The position numbers were made by a program, and so were the translations under genes. The notes beneath the pieces are model-generated. The model saw only the letters and a list, made by a program, of their open reading frames with translations. It was not told the DNA's origin and did not search any database. Below, piece after piece: positions 14,155 through 25,588 of a stretch of DNA of 64,000 bases; positions within the stretch are counted from its first letter, which is position 1, and each line of letters opens with the position of its first letter. This stretch comes from Monocercomonoides exilis PA203 (taxonomy: Eukaryota > Protista > Preaxostyla). The stretch lies in the NCBI GenBank assembly GCA_001643675.2, contig LSRY02000003.1:682001-746000 (forward strand), given 5' to 3'.

Positions 14155-15689
14155 GGCATGATCCGATTATATCGGCACAACCAAAAATGATTTTAATTAT
14201 TACATTTCGACTAGTTTTATATTATCATAAAAGAATATACAAATAAAAATCCGCGGAAATTCTTTTATTTGAATGAAATTTTGAAGAAAAATATTATCAC
14301 CTATAATAATTTTTGAAAATTATTTTTATTAACAGTTCGTATTTTTTTTTTTTTTTGATCTCATGGCACGTGAACGAGATCTTCATGATGGGGAAACCAT
14401 TTCTTCGCTGAACAAACTCTTCTACGACGAAACAAGCACATGGGAATGGTTCAAAAGAGAAATAATAGCCATGAACCTCACAATGTGCAGAGTTCACAGA
14501 TGCTATCAACGGATATATCATGATAAGAATTATCACTATTACGCTTGTCCAAAATGCAAGATCAAAAAAAGCATTCTTTCAGGAACATCTTTTAGCAAAA
14601 TAGAGATTTGATTGGGAATCACTCTTCTGATTTGTTAATATTACTGGCCAGGGATTCAAAACTAAACTATTTCTATGCTTCTTTCTGTTGATAAGGACAC
14701 AGTCGGATACTGGGGAAGTGTGATTCGGTGCGCTTGCTCACAAATGTGGAACGAAAGACAGCAAGTAATTGGAGGCGAGGGAACAACAGTTGAAATTGAT
14801 GAAGCAATTTGGCGAAAACGGAAGTTCAGGAGAGGAAGAAAGAAAAAGCAAGCATGGATTTTCGGGGTAAAAAGATTAGAGGGAGGTGGAGATGGCAAAC
14901 GGTTTATGGTTGTTGCAAACAGAAAAAAAGGAAACTTTGATACCAATTATCCAGAAATATATTTAAGCTGGAACATAAATTATTTCCAATGAATGGCTCG
15001 CTTATTCTTTTCTGGAAATGCTTTGATGTAAACATCATTCTGTGTGCTACAAAATACATTACAGAAACCCAGAAACGGGTGTTTATCTAAATACAATTGA
15101 AGGATTATGGAAACATTTGTGATGCACTTTCCTCGATTTGGAACAAGGATCAGACTTATGCATGATTATCTTTCACTGTTTTTGGTGAAATTAACATTTT
15201 ATTTAACGTTCATTCAATTAATAAAATATCTGTGCTTTGAAAAGGAAATTGAACCTATTCAAATGGAAGAAGAAGAAGAAGAAGAAGAAGAAGAAGAAGA
15301 AGAAGAAGAAAACATTGATGAAGATGAGGAGATTCCAGATATGGATGATATTGTAAATGAAGATAGCGATGTTGAGTCTGATGAAGATTTCGGAGCAGGA
15401 GATGGTGCTAGTGCCTCTGAATATGAGCCTTAAATATTATTCTTATTTGAATAATATCATTTTAATATGTTTTTTTATATTTTCGAAGCTTTTTTATACC
15501 AAATCAGTCACTTTTTTAATGAAAATTCGAAAATATTTATTTTAGATCAAAAAAATTTTTTTTCAAAATTTTCTCCAAAAACACGTTTCCGCATTTTATC
15601 ATACTTATATTACTTATGTACAGCATGTATTATTATATTCGGTGAAGTTTCAGAGAAATCTGGGCATACCGATATATTCGGATTATGCC
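14155..15689 (+). mobile_element. Degenerate Merlin/IS1595(ISXO2)-like DNA transposon
   Basis: Imperfect TIRs GGCATGATCCGATTATATCGG / CCGATATATTCGGATTATGCC. Transposase 14363-15433 is broken by stops and frameshifts and contains IGGEGTTVEIDEAIWRKRKFRRGR..WIFG, NTIEG and an acidic tail. No matching TSD. Confidence 0.9.
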
Positions 15690-15946
15690 AACTGTTTTTT
15701 CATTTATGTTTAAAAAATACGATTTGTTCCAAACTTTTTCTCCCACTAAATCATTATTATTCATTCATTCCTATATCAAAAAAATACAAAAAAATTCAAA
15801 ATTTAAAAAAAAATCTTTGAAAGAACTACGTGGAATATAATTAATGAAGCAAAAATAATTCGTCATATATTATTATTTATTATCAAATAATAATATGGGG
15901 CGCAGGAATTTTTCATTTCTCCATTTTTCCTGCATCAACTTCCATA

Positions 15947-18900
15947 ATGAGGCGCTTCCCCAACATGAAAGTCGCATTCAATATTGTTGCATTGCCATTG
16001 CTTGTTGTTAGCTGCTTTAATGGAGAAGGAATTGCAGAAAGGCAATTTCAACAAAAATGGAACGAGGAGATACGGGAAGGCAAGATCAGCATTGCAGATA
16101 AAAATAGAGTTTACAACATTTATTTTGGCAATTCATTGAAGAAAGTAATAAAATCAGCTGACAATCACATTTGCAGTGTTCAAACGAATCTAAATATCTT
16201 CAATTCATCATTGTGTGTGGCCCATCTCAACATCATCCCTCTCACTGGTTGTCCACTCCTCACGGTCCAACACCACTCATCTGCCACCATCTGCTCCTCC
16301 ACTTGTCAAGTCAACCCAGCAGCAAAATCTCCACTTTTCCTCTCTGCCCATGCCTCTATCATCCTCACAAACTTCTCCATCACCACCCATCAACCTGCCA
16401 TCCTCTCCTTTCCCCTCTTCTCCACCTCAAACAATCTCCTCCCACATGCCCACTCCCCAATCCCTGCCTCCTTCTCCATCTCCCACTCCTCCTTCTCCTC
16501 CTTCATCTCCCTCATCCAGCCTTTCCTTTTTTCTCCTTCTTCCCTCTCTTCCCCTTCCCCTTCTCCATCTCCTTCCCTTTCCCCTTCTCCTTCATCTTCC
16601 TCATCCCCATCCTCATCCTCTTCTTTTTCTTCCACTTCCCCTTCCCTTTCCCCTTCGATTTCCTCTTTCTCTTCCCCTTCCCCTCTCCATATCCATCACC
16701 AATCCCATCCCCACCTCCAAATCCACCTCAATCTCCATCTCTCAAACACCCTCTTCTCCAATATCTCCTCTCTCCAATCCCCTCTTTCTCTTCCATCCCT
16801 TCCTTCACATTCACTCAACCCATTCGCATCAACCACCTCTTCGTCTTCTTCCACTTCCACTTCCACCAACGCCAATACAATCCCCTCCTTCTCTCTTCAC
16901 TCATCCCTCTCCATCCACTCAACCATCTTCCTCCACACCCACAACCCCATTGATGGCGCCATCCTCCCTTCCCTCAACAGCCCATCCACTTCTCTCTCCG
17001 CCTTCAATGCCTCTTTCCTCCACCAAACTCGTTCTTCAGCCAATGCTGCTGTCGTGCATGTTGGAACAGAATCTATTAGAAAAAAGCTTAGCAGATTGGA
17101 TTCATTCGATCTAAACAGCCATAAATTTGAATGGTGCGAATGGAATAATTCTGGAAATGGATCTGCAGGAGGAGCACTTTATGTTGTTGTCACAAATGCC
17201 AACCTCACAATCACTTTTTGTTCATTTAACAAATGTTCATGTATTGGAAATGGTGGCGCATTATTCTGTATTCATTTGAAAAATGTCAACATCTCAAAAT
17301 CCAATTTCACGAGCTGTTCAGCATCTGGTGGAGGAACTGCTCTAATATCAAATCCTCAATCAAATTCAATATATTTCTTTTCGGAAAACAATGTTGAAAA
17401 TTGTCAAATAGCAGATCGTTTTGGAATTGCTTGGAATTTAGATATATATAATTTTCCTTCAAACGGTCAATTCCAGTTTTCCAAATGCAAGTGCATCTCA
17501 AATTCTGGCGGTGATTCTACTGGTTCTCTAACATTTCAAAATCCTCCAGTAAATAAGCCAAGTCAGTTTTCTATCAATGATTGTCAATTTTTGAACAATA
17601 AATTGACCGCTTCTTCCACATGTGGAGGAGCGGCAATGTATTTCAGAGATGTATTTTTTTGGATGAGTGGGACTAAATTCATCACATTCTGTTTCTTCGA
17701 TGGTAATTCCGCCACTAATGGAAGGGGAAACGATGTCTTTTTCAATGGCAGCAGCATCACCCAATCTCCATTTGAGAATTGTGGCTCAACAACCCCAACA
17801 CAAAGAGTCTGGAATGCAGGAACAGCAGATAATGCTGAGTACAATGGCTGGCTCCCCCTCATCGCCCAGAACAAAATTGTTGCCAGCAATGGAACTGATG
17901 CTGATGCCTGTGGCAGACCCCAACAGACCCCATGCGCCACCATCGAGTACGCCCTCACCGGCTTCATTTCCCTCCTCCAAGAAGCATCCCTCACCCTCCT
18001 TTCCTCAACATTTGTTCCTCTTCAAACACTAACCTTCAGCGCGGTTGATACCATAATCACAGGAAATGGCACAACTGCCACCACTATCGCCTCCAGTGGC
18101 ATTCCCCAACCATTAAACTCAAATTTACAATCAACATCATCTTCTTCTTCATCATTTTCATCAATATCAACATTTTCTTCACCAGATCCATCTGCCACTT
18201 CTGCCCTCTTCCAACAGACTCAGGGCTCCCTCACAGTCTCTGCCCTCGCCATCGCCCACAACTCCACAAATCCCATCACCCCCATCCTCTTCCACCTCTC
18301 CGGTAACTCCCCTTCCCTCAACCTCAACACAACCACCATCACCGGAACAACCTCCATAACAATAAAAACACCCCTCTTTTTCATCACTGCTGGCTCCATT
18401 GCCCTCAACCACACAGCAATCACCAGTCTCGCCCTCAACAGCCCCAGCATCTTTCACCTCACCTCCCTCACCGCTCCCCTCACCCTCAACTCCTCCAACA
18501 TCACCCACATCACCTCCACAGCCACTCCAGCCAGCTGTGTCCTCTCCTCTGCCACCTCCCCTGTCCTCTCCCTCTCCCTCGCCAACTGCACCATCACCAA
18601 CATCGACTCAGCTCCACAAAGCCAACAGACTGCCACCAATGGCGGGTGCATCTCATTCGCCTCATCTGTCCCTGCCAACACATTTTCAGTGAGGAACACA
18701 AATTTCTCCACCTGCTCTGTGAGCGAGGATACAAGTTCTGGAGGAAGAGGCGGTGCTCTCATGATCGAGTACAACGATGATTCAGAAGTGTCAGAATCCT
18801 CCTTTTCCATAACCAATATTGTGTTTTCAGCCAACAAGGCGAGTGTTGGAAGAGATGTGTATTTTGTGTGCGAATCATTTGTCGCTTCTGTGAAAGAGCC

Positions 18901-21900
18901 CATGTTCGCCTTCATGAGAAGCATCACTCAGAAAGACAACTCAGTTGTTGGACATGACAGAACAGAAGCATTCGGTGATTGGAATGTTGATTTATTCATA
19001 TTTTTTGATGGTTTCTTTGACAGTACAATATATGTGGATGGAATATCCGGAGTGGAGAGGGTATATTGTGGATTGGAGAAGGCACCATGTTTGAATGTGA
19101 ATTATGGAATGGGGCATTTGAAGAGAACACAGAACACAAAAGAGGAGATTATTGTTATTTCAAATACGTTGATGGCGGGGTTTGTGGATGTGGGTGGAAT
19201 ATGCATGAAGGCAAAAACTGAGGCAATTGTAGAAATTGAATGCCAAAGAGAAGCGAGTGGATCTGACGAATGTATTCTGAAATCAGAATCACTGACAGAA
19301 ATACAGTTCATTGAAATTATTGTTCCATCGAGCTTTAACAGAACAATCTCAGCAGTGATTGAATCGAGCACTCAAAATGGGGAGTTGCACTTGAAGAGCT
19401 GTGAGATGAGTGTTGTTGGAGGGAAGCTGAACACGATTGGATTTTTCTTGATCAGATCAATGGGAAAGATGGTTGAGCTGGACTCTGTCACGATATCAGA
19501 TGTGAAATCAACAGTCTCGTTGTTTTCATTTTCACTTTCCTCATCAAATATGAATGAACAGGAATACAAAGTGAAACTGTTGAATTGCGCACTGGAAAGG
19601 CTGGAGATTGATGGAGGAGGAGAGGCAGCAATATTTGAAGGGAATGTGGAAGTTGGGATGATGATAAATGGAAGCAGATTTGATGGGACATTATCAGAGA
19701 AGAGCAAAGAGGGAGGAGCACTGAAGATAGTACTGAATGAAGGAGGATATATGACAATTCAAGAGAGTTCATTTACTGGATGCATTTGCGAGAATATGAG
19801 TGAGGGAGGAAAAGGAGGAGGGATTTATCTGGATTGCAGTTCAAATGAAGGGGAATTTCAACTGTCATCGATATCGTTTTCTGGGTGCAGTGCAACAGTT
19901 GGAAAGAACATGTTTGCGAAGAGCAGCAATCTGGTGAACAGCGTGAATACAGAGCGTTTTGCATTTGATTGCACAGGATTCAAGGATGATGGGAATGCAT
20001 TTGTTGGAGAAGATGGGAAATATGGAGAAATGGATCTTCGAGTGTATCTTGTTTCTCTGAAGTGGGTGGAGGTGTCTGTATCGACTGGTGGGCATGACAC
20101 GTTGGGATGTGGAAGTGAAATATTCCCGTGTGAATCTATGAAAAGTGGAATTGACCACATTGACAGAAGTGGGACAGAAGGAGAAAGGAAAGTGAAAGTG
20201 AAAGATGAAGTGACAATCGAAGATATTTATTCTTTCACAGATGCACTTGTGATTGATGGATGTGCGAATGAGGGAGATGAAACCGAACACAGGCCTATTC
20301 ATTTTGAAGGGACAATCAAAGGGGATTCTGCAACAACTATTATTTCATCAACTGCCTCACTCAGCTTGTTATCTTTAAAATTGCAGATTCGAAGTCAATT
20401 TGTACCAAGCATGAATTCACTGATCTCATCGAGTGGAGTCCTTCAACTTGTAAACTGTTTATTTGAGATTCAATCATCAACAGATATTGTTCAATATTCA
20501 TTGATATCCACAACCACTGGAAGTTGCACACTGAAAGGATGCAGTCTGGCAGATTGTTCATTTGTCATATCTCCATTGGTGATGGCTTCTTCTGCTTTAT
20601 TCGAAAACAGTAACTTTTCAAACATTACGAATACTGGAAGCGGTGAAGGAGGTGTTGCAAGAGTTACATTAATAAATGAAGAAGATTTGGTGATGAAATC
20701 AACAAATGCATCATCTTGTTCACTTTCATCAAGAAATGGAAAAGGAGGATTCTTGTATTTGGATTGTCAAAATTGTTTGGATGAAAAGCCATTTCTCTTT
20801 GATGTTGGTGTCACTTTTGAAAATAACAATGCAGCCACAGGGAAGAATGTGTTCATTTTGGGAAAGGATTTTAATTCTTCTGTAACAAACGATGCGTTTA
20901 AGTTTGATTATTCTCAAATGAAGAATGATGAAACTCTGTTTGTTGGAAGTGATAACTATCAACAAGAAAAGGATCTGTTCATGTTCCTCGTTCCATACAG
21001 TTCATTTGAGATATTTATCTCATCAAATGGATTTGATGTTGCAAGATGTGGAAGTGAGGAAGAACCATGCTTCACAATGTGGAAAGGGATGGAAAACATG
21101 AAAAAGGAAATTGGAAATAAAACAATTCAGATTGAAGGATCAACAATAATTCGTAATTCATTCAATATGTCCAATTATCAGATCAAAAAGGTTTCATCAA
21201 TGGGAGAAGAAAATGTTAAAGCGATATTGAATTTTGAAAAAGCAATTGGAAGTCAACTGGAATATTTCGTGGTGAATGATATTCATCTTGAATTGATAAA
21301 TATCCAACTTCAACTTGCATCGGGATTTGATAATTCAGCCAAAACCATTATTTCAAATAGAAATGGAGATTCGGTGATAACTGGATGTTCCTTCCATTCA
21401 GAAGCAGGAGTGAACAATGGATTTGATTGTGTGTTTGTGGATGCGATTGGAGGCAGTGTGGAAGTGAATGATTTGTCGATTGAATCATGCAACGTTGGAA
21501 ACAGTATATTTGTCATTCATGATGCTGGAGTTTCTTGTTATTTCTTGAATGTTCGAGTGGAATTGTTGAATGAAAGTGGAGGTTGCATTTTATCGATCAA
21601 GAAATCTGAACAAGGATTGAAGATAAATGAAGGAGTAAATGAAGATGGTGCAACTATTGAGATTGGCAATTCATCATTTTCAGGAGTGAAGAGAAGTGAC
21701 AATGGACCAAGCATTTTAGAATCGAAGAGTGAGAAAAAGATAGATTTAGCTGTTAAGGAGAGCAACATCACAGAAGACAAAGCAGAAGATAGTGAAAAAG
21801 GAGGGGCAATATTCTTCGCATTGGGTGCATCTGGATCGATGAAGATGATTGACTCAACAATCAGTCATTGCAGCTGCAGTGGCTCCACAGGAAGAGGAGG

Positions 21901-24900
21901 AGGAGTGTATTTGGCAACAAAGGAAAGAGGAGAATTGAATTTTTCATTTGTGGGAATGAAATTCAGTGACAACGGGGCTAGTGTTGGAAAAGATATTTTC
22001 ATTGAATGTTATAACATCACATCACAGATCAATGAAACCCAATTTCAATTTGATCTTCGAGAGAATCATTATTCACGAATTAATGCGATATATGGAATTG
22101 ATAGTTGCGAACACAAAGAAGATACAGATCTGATTGATTTTGTGACGATTCATCAGAGTGATACGATCATTGTGAGCAGCTTGAATGGTTTGAATGGGAG
22201 GAGATGTGGAACGAACATTCTTCCTTGTTATTCAATTAATCATGGACTAATGCATCTGACATCTGAATATGTGAGTCTGTTGCACGTTGACACCAAGAGC
22301 GCAATTGAGGAAGAGATTAATCTGAAGGAAATGAGTCTGAGTTCGAAGAGCAGAGAAAATTGTAAAGTTGAAGTGAAATCAGATATTGGAGAAACAAGAG
22401 GTGCATTGGTTACAACAACTGGAACGGTCTCATTGTTGAGAGCGGGGTTTGTGTTTGATTCGAATTTCATTTCTGAGCATGAATCATTTATATCACCAGA
22501 AGGAGGAATCCTTGAAGTGATGAATTGTTCATTCAGTTCAAAACTACTGGTGGAAGGTGAAAATGCTGAATTTGCAAATATTCAATTCCACATAATAAAA
22601 ATGGTAAAAGGAGAATTACAACTTGACGGATGTTATTTGTCAAATCTGGTACTCCATAAGTCTGCATTATATCTATCATCATCACTTCCATCAGTGATTT
22701 ATTTATTATCAATTTGCAATTCTACAATTAAAACTTCTCTGATTGATATTAATGAATGCGGGCAATTAACAATCAAGGATTTCAAAACAGAAAATATCTC
22801 AGTTGAAGGAAATGAAGAATCATTTATATCTTGCTTGACAATGAAAAAGACGATTCAATTTACAAATTGCACAATGGAGAAAACAACTTCAAAGGCCACA
22901 AAAGGAAAATTGATGAAAGTGGAGAATTGTTTGGATGTGAAAATGGACAGTTGCATTTTTGATGGAAATTCAAAGGAAAGAAATGAGAAGCAGTTGAATA
23001 TTGAAGAAGAGATGTGCAGATGGGATGGATCTCTTGTTGATGTTGTGAAGAGTTCTGTGATAGTGAAAGACACAACAATCTCGAATTCACCAGAAGGTGG
23101 AATAACAATGAGTGGAGGGGAAATGACTGTTAATGATGGAAGATTTGAAAACAACAATCCCTCAATTGAAGGATATCCATCATTGAGAAGAAACATCATC
23201 TGTTCAGATGCAGGAACATTGAATGTGGTGAGTTTGAAAGGAGGAAATGGTTTAAAGGATAACACATCACTCTGGATGTTGAATGATGGGTGCTCTTTTG
23301 AAGGGATTGTTTCTGAGAGAGATTCATCGTTCTTCATTCCCGTGTTGGAGAGTGTGGAAGTGAAAGAAACAACAGATAGAATGAAGTTGATATTCAAAGG
23401 AATGCTTCTTGTTCCATGCAATCTGTCATTCTCAGTTGTGAAGAGGAAGGGAGAAGAGAAAGAGATTGAACATTTTGATTTTGACTCAAATAGGTTTTTG
23501 TCAGAAAGAGAAGCAGAAGGAAGTGTGGCAAAAGATTTTATCAGCAGTTGTGGAAATGAAATTGAAGTGAGTGTTTCTGTTTTATTTGGGAATGCAGAAT
23601 CTCCTTCATCAACAAATTCATTCATTCTGAAGAACAGAAGTGAGGTTGAACCAAAAGGAGATGAAAAACTCGTTGAAGGAGGAAAAGAAGGAAAATCTTA
23701 TTGGTTGTTGATTGTGATTGTGCTTGTTGTGATATTGTTTATTGTTCTCATCATTGCAGTTGCATTTATTGTTCGGTGGAGGAAAGTGAAGGAAAGAAAT
23801 GAGGAGTTGCAAGAGATTGTGAATGACAACATCAGAAAGGATCCGAAGGCATTTGAGATGGTGACGATGGAGATGTCTCCAGAAGAGCAGTGGAGAAGAG
23901 CAGAGAGGGAGGCAGAAAAGAAGAACGATGAGAGAATTAAGAAGAGGGTGTATGAGAAAAGCTTGGGACACTCTGAGTCTTCAGAGCATTTATTGAGTGA
24001 GAGTGGATCAACTGAATACATTTTTGGAAAAGATTCTGATAAAAATGGAGAATGGGATTTGGAGAAGGAAGAAGAAACGAGAAAACAAACTCCATCACCA
24101 TCCATCTCATCAGCAGATACAGAAACCGCATTTGTTCGAGGGGAGGATTTGTTTCCCACAACCTCATCGATGTCGAATCTGGTGGATGCAATGGCATGTT
24201 CATCGCCTTATGAAAAGTTGATTGTGGATCTGAGAGATTCGTTGTTCATGTTGCTTCATGGGAGGAATGAGAAGAAAGATCTGGCGATTGGCACATTGAA
24301 GGAGAAAGAGGTGACAGGAGCACAGATGCTGTTCTGGGTGGCGAATGGAGCTTTGCACTCGCTTGAAGATGAGGAAGACGAACTTCCCTCTTTGCGAGAC
24401 CTGAGTCCGCACATTGTGCTTTTGTCAGAGCACATGGTGATCTGCATTGCGCTCCACTCCGACTACTCCTCGTCATCTGATGATTCGGATTCATCCTCAA
24501 TCTCATCAACCACGATTGTGACATCTGCAAGTGAGGATGATGATGATGATGATGAAAGAGATTCTCTGCCATCATCAGCGTTTGAGGATGATGAAGACAG
24601 GTGGAAGGAGTGTTTGAGGTGGAAGGCGTCAGAGCTGGTGATGAACCGGAAGATGGGAGCAACAGAGAAGTCGGTGGCATTCTCGATTGGGATGATGCTG
24701 TGGGAGTGTGTGACACTCGAGATCCCGTTTGGAGAATACGAAGGGGAAGTGGCAGGGCAGAAGATTGCTGATGGAGAGAAGCCGGATGAGAGGGGGATTG
24801 AAGAGAGTGAGTTGAAGAATGTGGTGAATGCGTGTCTGTCAGCAGAGGCATCGAAAAGACCGACACTCACTGAAGTGAAGAAAGAGCTGGTTGGGATGTT

Positions 24901-25051
24901 TCCTTCTGGGACATTTGTTGTGACGATGACAGATGCAATCATTCTTGAGGAAAGCAGCGAAGAGTTGGAAGAAAATGATAAGAGCAAAGAATGCGAAAAA
25001 GAAGGGGAAATGGAAGTGAATGAGATGAAAGCCATGTTTAACAAAGGATGA
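15947..25051 (+). CDS. 3034-aa intronless type-I membrane receptor: Cys-module/beta-helix-like ectodomain, TM, TKL-like pseudokinase tail
   Basis: N-terminal hydrophobic signal. Five CG-x4/5-PC motifs and repeated GG(A/G)xY motifs. TM WLLIVIVLVVILFIVLIIAVAFIV followed by RWRK. Kinase C-lobe motifs RWKASE, SVAFSIGMMLWE..EIPF, CL....KRPT; no recognisable GxGxxG, VAIK or DFG. Confidence 0.9.
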   Translation: MRRFPNMKVAFNIVALPLLVVSCFNGEGIAERQFQQKWNEEIREGKISIADKNRVYNIYFGNSLKKVIKSADNHICSVQTNLNIFNSSLCVAHLNIIPLTGCPLLTVQHHSSATICSSTCQVNPAAKSPLFLSAHASIILTNFSITTHQPAILSFPLFSTSNNLLPHAHSPIPASFSISHSSFSSFISLIQPFLFSPSSLSSPSPSPSPSLSPSPSSSSSPSSSSSFSSTSPSLSPSISSFSSPSPLHIHHQSHPHLQIHLNLHLSNTLFSNISSLQSPLSLPSLPSHSLNPFASTTSSSSSTSTSTNANTIPSFSLHSSLSIHSTIFLHTHNPIDGAILPSLNSPSTSLSAFNASFLHQTRSSANAAVVHVGTESIRKKLSRLDSFDLNSHKFEWCEWNNSGNGSAGGALYVVVTNANLTITFCSFNKCSCIGNGGALFCIHLKNVNISKSNFTSCSASGGGTALISNPQSNSIYFFSENNVENCQIADRFGIAWNLDIYNFPSNGQFQFSKCKCISNSGGDSTGSLTFQNPPVNKPSQFSINDCQFLNNKLTASSTCGGAAMYFRDVFFWMSGTKFITFCFFDGNSATNGRGNDVFFNGSSITQSPFENCGSTTPTQRVWNAGTADNAEYNGWLPLIAQNKIVASNGTDADACGRPQQTPCATIEYALTGFISLLQEASLTLLSSTFVPLQTLTFSAVDTIITGNGTTATTIASSGIPQPLNSNLQSTSSSSSSFSSISTFSSPDPSATSALFQQTQGSLTVSALAIAHNSTNPITPILFHLSGNSPSLNLNTTTITGTTSITIKTPLFFITAGSIALNHTAITSLALNSPSIFHLTSLTAPLTLNSSNITHITSTATPASCVLSSATSPVLSLSLANCTITNIDSAPQSQQTATNGGCISFASSVPANTFSVRNTNFSTCSVSEDTSSGGRGGALMIEYNDDSEVSESSFSITNIVFSANKASVGRDVYFVCESFVASVKEPMFAFMRSITQKDNSVVGHDRTEAFGDWNVDLFIFFDGFFDSTIYVDGISGVERVYCGLEKAPCLNVNYGMGHLKRTQNTKEEIIVISNTLMAGFVDVGGICMKAKTEAIVEIECQREASGSDECILKSESLTEIQFIEIIVPSSFNRTISAVIESSTQNGELHLKSCEMSVVGGKLNTIGFFLIRSMGKMVELDSVTISDVKSTVSLFSFSLSSSNMNEQEYKVKLLNCALERLEIDGGGEAAIFEGNVEVGMMINGSRFDGTLSEKSKEGGALKIVLNEGGYMTIQESSFTGCICENMSEGGKGGGIYLDCSSNEGEFQLSSISFSGCSATVGKNMFAKSSNLVNSVNTERFAFDCTGFKDDGNAFVGEDGKYGEMDLRVYLVSLKWVEVSVSTGGHDTLGCGSEIFPCESMKSGIDHIDRSGTEGERKVKVKDEVTIEDIYSFTDALVIDGCANEGDETEHRPIHFEGTIKGDSATTIISSTASLSLLSLKLQIRSQFVPSMNSLISSSGVLQLVNCLFEIQSSTDIVQYSLISTTTGSCTLKGCSLADCSFVISPLVMASSALFENSNFSNITNTGSGEGGVARVTLINEEDLVMKSTNASSCSLSSRNGKGGFLYLDCQNCLDEKPFLFDVGVTFENNNAATGKNVFILGKDFNSSVTNDAFKFDYSQMKNDETLFVGSDNYQQEKDLFMFLVPYSSFEIFISSNGFDVARCGSEEEPCFTMWKGMENMKKEIGNKTIQIEGSTIIRNSFNMSNYQIKKVSSMGEENVKAILNFEKAIGSQLEYFVVNDIHLELINIQLQLASGFDNSAKTIISNRNGDSVITGCSFHSEAGVNNGFDCVFVDAIGGSVEVNDLSIESCNVGNSIFVIHDAGVSCYFLNVRVELLNESGGCILSIKKSEQGLKINEGVNEDGATIEIGNSSFSGVKRSDNGPSILESKSEKKIDLAVKESNITEDKAEDSEKGGAIFFALGASGSMKMIDSTISHCSCSGSTGRGGGVYLATKERGELNFSFVGMKFSDNGASVGKDIFIECYNITSQINETQFQFDLRENHYSRINAIYGIDSCEHKEDTDLIDFVTIHQSDTIIVSSLNGLNGRRCGTNILPCYSINHGLMHLTSEYVSLLHVDTKSAIEEEINLKEMSLSSKSRENCKVEVKSDIGETRGALVTTTGTVSLLRAGFVFDSNFISEHESFISPEGGILEVMNCSFSSKLLVEGENAEFANIQFHIIKMVKGELQLDGCYLSNLVLHKSALYLSSSLPSVIYLLSICNSTIKTSLIDINECGQLTIKDFKTENISVEGNEESFISCLTMKKTIQFTNCTMEKTTSKATKGKLMKVENCLDVKMDSCIFDGNSKERNEKQLNIEEEMCRWDGSLVDVVKSSVIVKDTTISNSPEGGITMSGGEMTVNDGRFENNNPSIEGYPSLRRNIICSDAGTLNVVSLKGGNGLKDNTSLWMLNDGCSFEGIVSERDSSFFIPVLESVEVKETTDRMKLIFKGMLLVPCNLSFSVVKRKGEEKEIEHFDFDSNRFLSEREAEGSVAKDFISSCGNEIEVSVSVLFGNAESPSSTNSFILKNRSEVEPKGDEKLVEGGKEGKSYWLLIVIVLVVILFIVLIIAVAFIVRWRKVKERNEELQEIVNDNIRKDPKAFEMVTMEMSPEEQWRRAEREAEKKNDERIKKRVYEKSLGHSESSEHLLSESGSTEYIFGKDSDKNGEWDLEKEEETRKQTPSPSISSADTETAFVRGEDLFPTTSSMSNLVDAMACSSPYEKLIVDLRDSLFMLLHGRNEKKDLAIGTLKEKEVTGAQMLFWVANGALHSLEDEEDELPSLRDLSPHIVLLSEHMVICIALHSDYSSSSDDSDSSSISSTTIVTSASEDDDDDDERDSLPSSAFEDDEDRWKECLRWKASELVMNRKMGATEKSVAFSIGMMLWECVTLEIPFGEYEGEVAGQKIADGEKPDERGIEESELKNVVNACLSAEASKRPTLTEVKKELVGMFPSGTFVVTMTDAIILEESSEELEENDKSKECEKEGEMEVNEMKAMFNKG

Positions 25052-25183
25052 GAGCTAAAAATAAAAGAAATGTGCTTCAAACATAAATATATAACTAGAA
25101 AGAGAGTAATTCCAATGTATTTGCCTCGATTTTTAATCAATTCTGAAATTCGCTTCGTTGAATTTTGAGATGAGTGAGAAAAC

Positions 25184-25460
25184 AAGTCAAAGGTTTATGG
25201 CGATGGGATTTTTGAGATCTGAATGTTTTCAAGTGAGTGTTAGATGATTTTTTGTAGATGACTTTTTAAAGACTTTTTTCAAATTGAAATATTCAAATTT
25301 GAACAAATCATATTCAAACATGAAAAAAGAATTAACGAAATTTTCTTTATTTATCTTACAATGAAAAATGTCAATGTTTGGTTGCAGAAATTCGAAACAA
25401 AAAACTTTCTGAAAAACAATGAAGAAAACAAGAAAAATTCAGGCAAATATCACATTTGAT
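25184..25460 (+). repeat. Non-coding block downstream of the receptor gene, with an inverted copy at ~51925-52202
   Basis: By-eye alignment: 25190-25416 is identical to the reverse complement of ~51970-52196. Confidence 0.9.
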
Positions 25461-25588
25461 TCATTTGAATTTTTCGTTAAAAGTGCAATATTTATTATTA
25501 TAAAGTGAGAATATGTTAAATTTTCTAATAATTAAAACATGGAAAAGTGATAATTTTGAAAATGAAATATTGGATTTTTAATGAATTA

